From the IMG/VR virus record IMGVR_UViG_2876118799_000002, positions 4,755 through 68,754 of that record: a DNA stretch of 64,000 bases. One strand, given 5' to 3'. The stretch's first letter is position 1. The number at the start of each line of letters is the position of its first letter. Positions 9,616-18,557 of the stretch are shown piece by piece. The notes below the pieces were generated by a model. It did not search any database. It worked only from the letters and a program-made list of their open reading frames with translations, and was not told where the DNA came from. The stretch is from a virus. Taxonomy: Duplodnaviria > Caudoviricetes. Made by a program: the position numbers and the translations under genes.

Positions 9616-9659
9616 AAAAAGGCACTAGGTAAGAATTTTCTGTTATCTAGTGCCTTTTT
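9616..9659 (+). terminator. Rho-independent terminator closing the precursor array
   Basis: aaaaaGGCACTAG...CTAGTGCCttttt inverted repeat. Confidence 0.8.
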
Positions 9660-9712
9660 AATACAAAGGGAGGTAAGCGCTTAATTTTTAGGTATGTTAG
9701 AAAAATCCCCGA

Positions 9713-11389
9713 CTACTTTTCAGTAGCCGGAGCACCTTGACAATTCACATATGATTGATTTGATTCGTTTGCACGACGTTCGATCTCAGCTTTGACAGTT
9801 TCATTCCATGGCGCCAGAAGTTCTAATTCATCATCACTCATCCTGTCATCAGGCAGTTTTTCCAGCAGATAAGTAAGATAGTGATAGACGTTTACTCCAT
9901 TGGCTTTTGCCATTTCTACCATTGTGTACACGATAGCGCTGGCCTGGGCTCCGTTTGGTGTGTCACAGAACAGCCAATTTTTACGGCCTACTGTAAACGG
10001 ACGAATCGCATTTTCACTGAGATTATTAGAAAAACTGCAGCGGCCGTCTTCCAGATAGGTGGACAGATAGGAGCGGCGGTTCTGAATGTAGGTGACAGCT
10101 TTATCCATTCTGCTTCCACGGATAGGGCTCTGCTGATCAAGCCACGACAAAAAGCCTTCTACTACCGGCTTTTCTTTTTCAAGACGAGCCTTTTTGATAG
10201 CATCGAAGGAAGAACACTTTGATCTGATCACATCTTCCAGGTGGAAGAGCTGGTTAATGTACAGCATTCCCTGTACGGATGGCTGGGTATAATCCAGAGC
10301 CTTTCCCTTGGGAATGGCATCTGTCAGATATCTTCTGATGTGTGCCCAGCAGGCTGTGCGTTTGGCATCTGGAACTTTATTGTATCCACTATAGCCATCA
10401 CACATCAGATAACCCTTGAAGCCGTGAAGAAAATCTACGGCATTATCCCCGGCCCGGGTCTCCGAGTATTTATAGAGGATAATAGATGGTCCTTCGTCTT
10501 CACCGCTGCGGAACAGCCACATATATGACTTGGTCTGTGCACGGCGTTCCGGTTCATGCAGAACCTGAAGTGGCGTTTCATCTGCCATCGCGAATCCCCG
10601 TTCCAGAAGTTTCCTGTGGAAGTATTCATACATAGGAAGAAAAAATGCTTCAGAATTTCGGATCACCCAGTTTGCCATAGTAGCTCTGGTGATCTCCACG
10701 CCATACTGTTTCCAGTCTTTTTCCTGACGGTAGTATGGAAGACCATTACAAAACTTCTGGTATATTACCCAGGCAACCGTTCCGGCAGAAGCCATTCCAT
10801 AAAGCATATGGGCTCTGCCATCTTTTCCTTTTTTGATGACCGGAATATCCTGAAGCCTGCACTGCGGGCACTCATAGCTCTTACTGTAGTATTCATATAC
10901 TTTCAGTTTTGCCGGTACAAAAACCAGTTCCCGGCGGACAAACTCTTCCCCGATTTCTTTCAGCGGGGTACCACAGACAGGGCAGAGTTTCTCTTCCCCA
11001 GAAAGCTTCAGATACTTTTTTTCAACAGGAACTCCCTTAAAACGCTCCGCATCTGTAGCTCTTGCTTTTCGCTTTTTTGCTGTTTTTTCCGGAAGAATTG
11101 TTTCAAGATCCTCTGCGTTTGCAGACTCCGGATCCTGTTCCAGTTCAGCCTCGTTGAAAAAGTTTAACTGTCCTGGAATATCGAGAGTTCTTTTTTCGCT
11201 GGAGATGCCAAACAGTTTTTTTCGGAGAAGGTCTATCTCTTCTTTCAGATTATCCCGTTCCTGGGTGAGAACCGCTTCCCGTTTATTGGCAGCATCGACA
11301 GTTGCCTGAAGTGTTTTTATCATCTTTTTGAGATCGTTTATCATGTCCTTCAGCTCACGGAGCTGGATATCTTTGGAACTGTCTGCCAC
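9713..11389 (-). CDS. tnpC: IS66 transposase
   Basis: Coiled-coil N-terminus, CPVC/CPQC zinc finger, ADET, CDGYSGY, NNLSENAIR, GRKNWLF motifs. Confidence 0.95.
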   Translation of the reverse strand: MADSSKDIQLRELKDMINDLKKMIKTLQATVDAANKREAVLTQERDNLKEEIDLLRKKLFGISSEKRTLDIPGQLNFFNEAELEQDPESANAEDLETILPEKTAKKRKARATDAERFKGVPVEKKYLKLSGEEKLCPVCGTPLKEIGEEFVRRELVFVPAKLKVYEYYSKSYECPQCRLQDIPVIKKGKDGRAHMLYGMASAGTVAWVIYQKFCNGLPYYRQEKDWKQYGVEITRATMANWVIRNSEAFFLPMYEYFHRKLLERGFAMADETPLQVLHEPERRAQTKSYMWLFRSGEDEGPSIILYKYSETRAGDNAVDFLHGFKGYLMCDGYSGYNKVPDAKRTACWAHIRRYLTDAIPKGKALDYTQPSVQGMLYINQLFHLEDVIRSKCSSFDAIKKARLEKEKPVVEGFLSWLDQQSPIRGSRMDKAVTYIQNRRSYLSTYLEDGRCSFSNNLSENAIRPFTVGRKNWLFCDTPNGAQASAIVYTMVEMAKANGVNVYHYLTYLLEKLPDDRMSDDELELLAPWNETVKAEIERRANESNQSYVNCQGAPATEK

Positions 11390-11522
11390 TGCTTTTTCCT
11401 CCTGTTTCTGATATTTCCATTATACCAGAAAACAGTGGCTTTTCCCAGCAAAACAGCGGATTTACCAGACCTTGAAAGTGCCGAAAATACAGCAAAAAGC
11501 AAGAGCTTTATGTGCATCTTTT

Positions 11523-11861
11523 TTACGTTGCCTTGATCGCTTTGGGCTGCTCAATATCAATGCCAGACATCAGCCAGTCGAACTCCCGCCATGTAAGATT
11601 CCGGACCTCAGATTTATTCCTGGGCCACCGGTAAGATCCCTGGGCGGTCAGTCTTTTGTAGATCATAACGATCCCGTCAGGTTCTTTTAAAATAGCTTTG
11701 ATACGGTCGCATTTACGACCGCAGAAAAGAAAAAGTGCATGGTCGATCTCCATCGAAAACTGTTCCTGGATGATCGCACATAATCCATCAATGGACTTGC
11801 GCATATCTGTTCTGCCACAGACGATATAGATCGCATCAACACTTGAGATGTCCGCTAACAT
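11523..11861 (-). CDS. tnpB: IS66 accessory protein TnpB
   Basis: GRTDMRKSIDGL, LFLFCGRK, YKRL, GSYRWP motifs. Confidence 0.95.
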   Translation of the reverse strand: MLADISSVDAIYIVCGRTDMRKSIDGLCAIIQEQFSMEIDHALFLFCGRKCDRIKAILKEPDGIVMIYKRLTAQGSYRWPRNKSEVRNLTWREFDWLMSGIDIEQPKAIKAT

Positions 11862-12271
11862 AACGACTCCTTAAGTGTATCCATAAGCATCTTCAGAAGT
11901 AACGGTTTGATCTCATTACTCATTCGTATAAGCAATCCGTCTGCTTCGATTTCAATCGTATGTGAATTGTCAAGGTGCATAGGTCTGTTTCCATTATCTG
12001 GGATCAGCCCTGCCGGAGAAGACTCCGGTTCTATAGCAATCTGGACTACATCCTGTTTATGGGATGTAAGGTCAAGAGTGCTGGCTTTGGGTGCTGGATC
12101 CGGTATCTGGCAGGCTTTTTTGCGGAGACGGGTAACTGCATTGTAAAAACAGCTGGGAGATATCCCATGCTCATTACACCATGCAGCATCTGTCAGGCCA
12201 CTTTGTCTGCATTCGGTTACCAGTTCCATCCATTCGTCCAGGGAACGCCCTGGAGCACGTTTCTTACTCAT
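11855..12271 (-). CDS. tnpA: IS66 accessory protein TnpA (HTH)
   Basis: EWMELVTECRQSGLTDAAWCNEHGIS HTH pattern; first gene of the element. Confidence 0.85.
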   Translation of the reverse strand: MSKKRAPGRSLDEWMELVTECRQSGLTDAAWCNEHGISPSCFYNAVTRLRKKACQIPDPAPKASTLDLTSHKQDVVQIAIEPESSPAGLIPDNGNRPMHLDNSHTIEIEADGLLIRMSNEIKPLLLKMLMDTLKESLC

Positions 12272-12410
12272 AATGAAACCTCCAAATGTAGTAAATTTCT
12301 ATCTCCTATCAAGCGGAGTGTAGTAAAAATCTATTTACTATCATTATGAGTTTAAAAACGTAGACAGTAAAGCTACCCAAGATCTAAGCGCTTACAAAGG
12401 GAGAGAAACT

Positions 12411-13067
12411 ATGTATCCATTTCTAGTTGAAAATATGGCAGATGAGGAAGCCCATATACAAAATTTAAACATTGAGGTAAATTCCAAAGAAGTTTGCTAT
12501 TTTATGTGTGGGGAAAATTTTGGACGGATACTTTTTGAAATCTTTTGCGGATATAAAAAACCAAAAACAGGAGAGATATTTGTATGTAATAAAGACTGGC
12601 TTGATTTGGACGAAAATAGTCGTTCTCTTTTAAACAGGCGCTTGTTTGGAATAGCGGCAGAAGAGTTTCCGCTGATTGAATTTATGACGGTTGAAGAAAA
12701 CATTTCTATGCCAAGTCTGTTAGATGGAGATAAATCCAATATAGAGGAATTGGTTAAGGCTTTTGACATAGGCCACTTATTACAAAAATATCCTTCGGAT
12801 CTTAATCATAGAGAAAAAATGAGATGTATCTGTGCGCGTGCCTTTTCTGGAGGCAGAAAGGTTGTTGTGATATTCGATTTATTCAAAAGAATGCAAGAGC
12901 AGAGTAAGGCAGATCTTGCAATACTTACTTATCATGCAGCAAAAAGTTTGGGGATAGCTGCTCTTTACATAAGTGAAGATTTAGACGAAAATTATGGCGC
13001 CTATGATCTTATATACAAATACCGACCTGAGAAAAAGGAATTTTCTATTATTGATTATCGCGCATGA
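12411..13067 (+). CDS. Degenerate ABC ATPase-like protein
   Basis: ABC-like layout (G.KKP.TGEI, FPLIEFMTVEENI, KYPSDL) but Walker A reads GENFGR and the signature reads LNHREKMR. Confidence 0.55.
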   Translation: MYPFLVENMADEEAHIQNLNIEVNSKEVCYFMCGENFGRILFEIFCGYKKPKTGEIFVCNKDWLDLDENSRSLLNRRLFGIAAEEFPLIEFMTVEENISMPSLLDGDKSNIEELVKAFDIGHLLQKYPSDLNHREKMRCICARAFSGGRKVVVIFDLFKRMQEQSKADLAILTYHAAKSLGIAALYISEDLDENYGAYDLIYKYRPEKKEFSIIDYRA

Positions 13068-13450
13068 ATGGAACTGTAGAAATGGAATGTGATAGAGAAT
13101 GTAGACTGCTGTTAAATGATTTGAATGGTATTCTTTCTGAACAATGTTTGGAACAAAGAGTTAGGTGCAGGTATTTGAATAATCCGGTGCAGGAGTTGGC
13201 AGAGTGTATCAATCAACTACTGGATATTTGTGAGAGGGCAGTAACAAGGACACTGGATATAGAAAATGATTATCGTACTATGCGGGCGGAACTGCAGAGC
13301 AATATCCGAAATCCGCTAAGCTGCATAAAAACAAGTTGTTTTCTGATCAATTCACTTGCAGAAAAGGAAAATATCCAGTCTGAAAAGCTCCGAGAGTATC
13401 TTCAAATTATGGAAAAGGCAGCGGAGGATATAGAGAGTGCATTAAAATAA
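13064..13450 (+). CDS. Small HisKA-like protein lacking the phospho-His and the ATPase domain
   Basis: LQSNIRNPLS resembles the H-box xSHDxRTPL with H replaced; preceded by a HAMP-like ELAECINQL. Confidence 0.5.
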   Translation: MNGTVEMECDRECRLLLNDLNGILSEQCLEQRVRCRYLNNPVQELAECINQLLDICERAVTRTLDIENDYRTMRAELQSNIRNPLSCIKTSCFLINSLAEKENIQSEKLREYLQIMEKAAEDIESALK

Positions 13451-13546
13451 CTGATAATTGAAGAAGTGCTGGGCGGGGAGTTTTCGTCCAGTATTTCTTT
13501 CTGGAATGAGAAAAGTTGAATTTACAAATCAAGAGGAGGCATACAC

Positions 13547-13876
13547 ATGAAGTATGTTTTTCCAGAATATAAAGAGAATGTAGTGTTGGGCAACGGGAAA
13601 TTACAGTTAAATCCAATGTCCTATCAGGTTATCTACGAAGGAAAGGAGATAGACCTGACACCCAGGGAATTTGAAGTTTTATATCTACTGGCTTTAAAGC
13701 CAAACTGGGTAATGCCAAAGACAAATATTTATCATTCTGTATGGGGTATTCATTATCATGATGATCAGATACCATACAGAACAGTAGAATATGTGATATG
13801 GAAGATAAGAAAAAAGATGGGACATGATATTATCGAAACGTTGGTCAATGTGGGGTATCGGTTGAAAAAGTTATAG
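13547..13876 (+). CDS. Stand-alone OmpR-type winged-helix DNA-binding protein (copy 1)
   Basis: LTPREFEVLYLLA, SVW, IWKIRKKM, IETLVNVGYRL; no receiver domain; gaggagg RBS. Confidence 0.85.
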   Translation: MKYVFPEYKENVVLGNGKLQLNPMSYQVIYEGKEIDLTPREFEVLYLLALKPNWVMPKTNIYHSVWGIHYHDDQIPYRTVEYVIWKIRKKMGHDIIETLVNVGYRLKKL

Positions 13877-13935
13877 TTTTTGGGAGATATAATTGAGATG
13901 AAATAGTATGTTATTATTAATGGAGGATTTATTAC

Positions 13936-14433
13936 ATGAACAGAAATAAGAAAAGTGCAAAACAGTATCACCAATCTGTAATTACTGCTTTAGAGAAAAA
14001 AGTAAATGACATGAAAGATTCCGCTTATTCAGGATTGTATAGTGAAATAGCATTTATCATTGGAATAGCAGTTATCATGATAGATACCTTTTTTCCACCA
14101 GAGGAAACGAAAGTTAATTGTGTATGGAAAATAATACTGATAGCTGTATCTATAGTCTGTATGCTTTATTTCGCCAAAAAAGTGAAAACAGTGAATGAAG
14201 TGGAAGAAGAGAAAAAGTTTTGGCCGAACTTTTTTATTCAATGGGCAACAAGTTTAGGATATATAAACATGCCTGTAGCTGTGATAGCTATTTTGGTAAC
14301 CTTTGATAAGGGCAAAGCATGGACATTATTTATGATGGGGGTTGCTGTAATTCTGACAGGTTTAACTTTAATAGAAGCACTTGTAAAAACTTCTAAAATT
14401 TTAAAAAAAGAAAATGTTGGTAAGCGGAAATAA
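13936..14433 (+). CDS. Hypothetical membrane protein (about 4 TM)
   Basis: ggagg RBS; four hydrophobic segments. Confidence 0.7.
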   Translation: MNRNKKSAKQYHQSVITALEKKVNDMKDSAYSGLYSEIAFIIGIAVIMIDTFFPPEETKVNCVWKIILIAVSIVCMLYFAKKVKTVNEVEEEKKFWPNFFIQWATSLGYINMPVAVIAILVTFDKGKAWTLFMMGVAVILTGLTLIEALVKTSKILKKENVGKRK

Positions 14434-14752
14434 GATTGATTAAAAAAATTGAGGTAAAAGGTAGACGGTGTATTTGATATTATTTACATCTTTTTGTTGA
14501 AATTTGATAATCATTTTTGGTGATGAATATTACATCATTATTATTCCAATCTGCTGGAAAATACAGATAAAAGGATTATGGATATTTATCTTGAATTCGG
14601 ATTTGAAAGCCAATGGACGTTTAACCAGGCGTTTCAGCAGAAGTATGGGAGGACACCTAGCAAATATCGAAAAATATGGTGGGATAATTGAATATTATGA
14701 GAGTTGCAGAGAATATATAGGGAAATATTATTTGCGGTTTGAAAGAATTTGG

Positions 14753-14786
14753 AGCGGATATGCGATTTAGCGCATATCCGCTTTTG
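14753..14786 (+). terminator. Hairpin / probable terminator
   Basis: agcggatatgcg...cgcatatccgct 12-bp stem followed by tttg. Confidence 0.6.
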
Positions 14787-14888
14787 ACATTGTAGAAAAG
14801 ATTTTTGTTTTGAACGGTTACGTTGGTAGACAGTAATATTTTTATATGGAAGATGTGAAAAAACAAAACTATTAATATTCTAACAAAA

Positions 14889-14949
14889 ATTACATAGACA
14901 GTCGATTTTATTACATGAATAAAATTTCAAGAAATAAAAGGTGTATTAT
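14889..14949 (+). promoter_or_regulatory. LytTR-type direct-repeat box and -10 element upstream of lanA
   Basis: TTACA at 14890 and 14911 (21-bp period), central TCG; TATTAT at 14944, 28 nt after the box. Confidence 0.75.
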
Positions 14950-15045
14950 CTAAAATGTAAGGAACAGAAGAAAATAATTCAACCATTTCAATTTAGAATT
15001 AGTATCTGTACTGTACAAAATTGATTTATGAAAGGAGAAATAATT

Positions 15046-15249
15046 ATGAGTGAAATGAGAAATCCTATTACAAGAGAAGAAAACTTTAGCAATCCAGCTG
15101 GTAACGTTATGATGGAGCTGCAGGAAGCAGATTTAAACAAATTTGTAGCAGGAGCTGGTGAAACCAGAAATTCCGGCGGAGTTTTATGTACAAGTACAGC
15201 AGAATGCTATTTTGGTACTTTGCTGAAACCTTGCTGCCCTAAGAAATAA
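15046..15249 (+). CDS. lanA: Class II lanthipeptide precursor, mersacidin/plantaricin C-like core
   Basis: Leader ELQEADL..VAGA (double-glycine type); core with CTSTAEC (CTxTxEC lipid II-binding motif) and terminal CC; aaaggag RBS before ATG 15046. Confidence 0.9.
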   Translation: MSEMRNPITREENFSNPAGNVMMELQEADLNKFVAGAGETRNSGGVLCTSTAECYFGTLLKPCCPKK

Positions 15250-15349
15250 ACACAGGTGTTGATAAAGAGGGTAAGCGTTAATTGAAGTTTGTGCAGTACA
15301 GATACGAATTGTGAGTTGAAATGGAAAGCAGAATGGGGTGTTTAAGAAC

Positions 15350-18300
15350 ATGAATACTGAGAGAGCATCATATTTTACAGAAAGAAGTTATACAACATCA
15401 GAAGCAGAAAATAAAAAAGATATATTTGAATATTGGAAAAAGATTTTAGGAGAAGATACATTAAGAGTTGCTGAGAAATGTTATGGTATTGATTTAGTAA
15501 AAGTTTTAAATTCTGAAAATTATGTATGTGAAAACAATCACGTGATGTCAGAAATGGAAAAGGTAAAAATAGAATTATTTGAAAAACCAATCAATTATAA
15601 CTATTCCGGATTCAAAGGAGAAAAATTGGCATTTGATAATTTTTTTATACCTTTAATCAATTACGGAATAGACATATTAAAAAATGGAACAAGTCTTTTT
15701 TTGACGGATTCTATTATAGATACATACGCAAATACCTTATTAGAGAGATTAGGGAAGATCAGTCTTGGAATATTAATGTTTGAAATGTATCTTTGTAAGA
15801 AGACGGGAAAACTGAATGGAAGAAATTCAGAGGAAGAATACGATTATTATAATAATAATTTTTTAAGTAAGAAATCGTATAAACAGGAGCTTTTCAATAT
15901 ATATCCATGTTTACTACGTTCAGTTACAGAAACCGTAGAAAACTTATCTTCTTATTATGTACTTTTATTAGAAAGACTTAATAAAGATAAAAATGAAATT
16001 GCGAATAAATTTTGTGGAGGTTTAGAATTTAAAAATGTAGTTGAAATAAGTTCTAATATCTCGGATTCTCATAAAAAAGGGAATGGGGTAAGTATTCTTA
16101 AGTTGGATAATGGCACTAAAATTGTGTATAAACCACGTTCATTAAAAATTGAAAAAGTGTATTTCGATTTTCTGGGAAAGATAAATGCTGGTTGTAAATA
16201 TGAGATGTATGAACCAAAAATATTAGATTGTCAGGAGTATGGTTGGGAGGAATTTGTATATTATAAAAGTTGTAAAACAGAGGATGAAATCAGACGGTAT
16301 TTTTATAGATTTGGAATATTGATTTTCGGTAGTTATATTCTTAATACAAATGATTTACATGAAGAAAATGTGATTGCCGCAGGAGAATATCCAATTATTA
16401 TAGATGCAGAAACTATACTAGATAACCGTAGAAGAGGGAGAACAAATTCTGCAAAGGAGGAAATAAATTATATCCTTCATGAGTCAGTATTATACTCAGG
16501 TTTATTGCCACACTATAGGTTTTCAAATTTGGGCCAAGGCGTAGATATGAGTGCAATTAAAGGTAGTGAGGGAAAGGAATATCCTATAGTTATTCCTAAA
16601 ATAGCGGATTTATGTACTTCAAATATGAGATTTGTATATGAACATCCTACAACTGGAGTAAATCAAAATCTTGTTAAATTAGATGGAGAAAATGTATCAG
16701 CATTTCATTATCTAAAAGAAATAAATGCAGGATTTGAAGATGCGTATAAATATGTTTTGGAGAACAAAGAAAAGTTTCTTGAATATGCCGATATGTTTGG
16801 TAATTTAAATATTCGCCATTTAGTTCAGGATACCCAAAGATATTCTATGTTATTACACACATCTTTTCATCCGGATTTTATGCAAGATGGAAGAGATAGA
16901 CAAATGTTTTTGTGTAGTTTATTTAAACAGTATGAAGCTACACAAGGAGATAAAGGTGTTGTGAAATGTGAGATAAAAGACATGTTAAACATGGACATTC
17001 CATATTTTTATCTCAATACATCAGGTAAATCTCTTTTCGGATCAGAAGGTGAGAAAATCGAAGACTATTTTGAATATACCAGTTTGGAACACTTAAAGAA
17101 AAAGATAGTATTGTTAGATGAAGATGATTTAAAAAGGCAATTAATGTTCATGAATATTATTCTGACAGAGATAAACGAATTTCAGGTTGAGGATAAAAAG
17201 ATAGAGCTTCAACAAATGAAAATGATTCCGCACAGAGAAAAAAATAAGGCTCATCTGTTAAAAGCTGTTCAGAAATTGGCTGATTCTCTTATAAAAACTG
17301 CTGTTTTTAATAAAGATAGAACAGAAGTTAATTGGATTGGTGTTACTCTAATAGGAAATGAAGATGACTGCTCATGGGATATAAGACCACTTGGTACCTA
17401 TTTATATGAAGGAATGTCTGGGCTAGCAATTTTCTTTAACGCATTGTATACTGTTGATCCCCAAAAGGAGTACCTTATTATATGCAATGCGATTGAAAAG
17501 GAATTATTTACATACACAGATGAGATGTGTGAACGAAATGAGGGAATAGAAAATGAAAGCAGTGGCGCCTTTGGTGGAGAAGCGTCTATAATGTACACTT
17601 ATGAGGTACTGTATAAAATTACAAATAAAGAAAAATATTTGGATTATGCAAAAAAGCACTATAAAATATTAAAGAAAGCGATTACCAGAGATAACAGTTT
17701 TGATCTTGTCTATGGTAATGCAGGCGCAGTTATTACATTGATCAATATGTATCAGCTAACCGGAAATAAAGAGTATATCGCTTCGGCAGAAATAGCAGGA
17801 GATATAATAGTAAATGCTCAGGAAAAGGAAGGCTCTATTAAAGGCGGATGGAATGGAGATGGAAGAACTTCGCCGTTAGCGGGATTTTCACATGGAGCAT
17901 CTGGAATAGTTTTAGCACTGGCAAAACTATGGCAGGTGACTCAGAAAGAGGAGTATTTATTATCACTGCTCGATGGCATTAAATTTGAAAATTCTTTATT
18001 TGTGAAAGAAAAAGGAAATTGGAAAGACGAAAGGGTATATGCAGGAGAAAAAGCATCTGATGGAGGAAGTTTTACCGTTGCTTGGTGTCATGGCGCTGCA
18101 GGCATATTGCTTAGCCGATCTAAAGTAAATGTCATATTGAATGGGCGGTATTCGGATTTGATAGAAAATGATATAAAAGTAGCAGTGAATACAATATTAA
18201 AAGAGGGAATTTTAGGAAACAATTGTCTATGTCATGGTAATTTAGGTAATACAGAAATTTTATTTGAATATTTAAAAGACCATTCAGATAAAAAGATAGA

Positions 18301-18487
18301 AAAATATTATGTAGATATTCGTGATATTATTGCTGAGAATGTATGTAATGGTGTATTTGATTGCGATAATGCGTATCTATATGGATATAAATTGCAAGGA
18401 TTTATGACAGGACTATGTGGCATGGGATATTCTTTGCTGCGAGATATAAAAAAAGATTTACCTTGTGTAATTGCTCTGGAAGTCTAA
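15350..18487 (+). CDS. lanM: Class II lanthipeptide synthetase
   Basis: Dehydratase motifs VYKPRS, DLHEEN, IDAET; LanC-like cyclase motifs GFSHG, WCHG, LCHG; GTG 15338 is an alternative start. Confidence 0.95.
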   Translation: MNTERASYFTERSYTTSEAENKKDIFEYWKKILGEDTLRVAEKCYGIDLVKVLNSENYVCENNHVMSEMEKVKIELFEKPINYNYSGFKGEKLAFDNFFIPLINYGIDILKNGTSLFLTDSIIDTYANTLLERLGKISLGILMFEMYLCKKTGKLNGRNSEEEYDYYNNNFLSKKSYKQELFNIYPCLLRSVTETVENLSSYYVLLLERLNKDKNEIANKFCGGLEFKNVVEISSNISDSHKKGNGVSILKLDNGTKIVYKPRSLKIEKVYFDFLGKINAGCKYEMYEPKILDCQEYGWEEFVYYKSCKTEDEIRRYFYRFGILIFGSYILNTNDLHEENVIAAGEYPIIIDAETILDNRRRGRTNSAKEEINYILHESVLYSGLLPHYRFSNLGQGVDMSAIKGSEGKEYPIVIPKIADLCTSNMRFVYEHPTTGVNQNLVKLDGENVSAFHYLKEINAGFEDAYKYVLENKEKFLEYADMFGNLNIRHLVQDTQRYSMLLHTSFHPDFMQDGRDRQMFLCSLFKQYEATQGDKGVVKCEIKDMLNMDIPYFYLNTSGKSLFGSEGEKIEDYFEYTSLEHLKKKIVLLDEDDLKRQLMFMNIILTEINEFQVEDKKIELQQMKMIPHREKNKAHLLKAVQKLADSLIKTAVFNKDRTEVNWIGVTLIGNEDDCSWDIRPLGTYLYEGMSGLAIFFNALYTVDPQKEYLIICNAIEKELFTYTDEMCERNEGIENESSGAFGGEASIMYTYEVLYKITNKEKYLDYAKKHYKILKKAITRDNSFDLVYGNAGAVITLINMYQLTGNKEYIASAEIAGDIIVNAQEKEGSIKGGWNGDGRTSPLAGFSHGASGIVLALAKLWQVTQKEEYLLSLLDGIKFENSLFVKEKGNWKDERVYAGEKASDGGSFTVAWCHGAAGILLSRSKVNVILNGRYSDLIENDIKVAVNTILKEGILGNNCLCHGNLGNTEILFEYLKDHSDKKIEKYYVDIRDIIAENVCNGVFDCDNAYLYGYKLQGFMTGLCGMGYSLLRDIKKDLPCVIALEV

Positions 18488-18557
18488 AATGATAGTATTG
18501 GAAATAATAGAATTTATTATTTCCAATACTAATTTATTATACTAGGGAGGTGTATTT

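Larger units (their letters stand above)
9673..12395 (-). mobile_element. IS66-family insertion sequence, complete (2723 bp)
   Basis: Terminal inverted repeats beginning gtaagcgctta at both ends; 8-bp direct repeat aaagggag at 9665-9672 and 12396-12403; tnpA-tnpB-tnpC order. Confidence 0.95.

Noticed and set aside
9881-12349. Plus-strand ORFs inside IS66
   Set aside because: Antisense overlaps of tnpA/B/C with no recognisable motifs.
14504-14770. 88-aa ORF before the lanA promoter as a second lanthipeptide precursor or real gene
   Set aside because: No clear RBS, no leader motif or Cys/Ser/Thr-rich core; may be a gene fragment.
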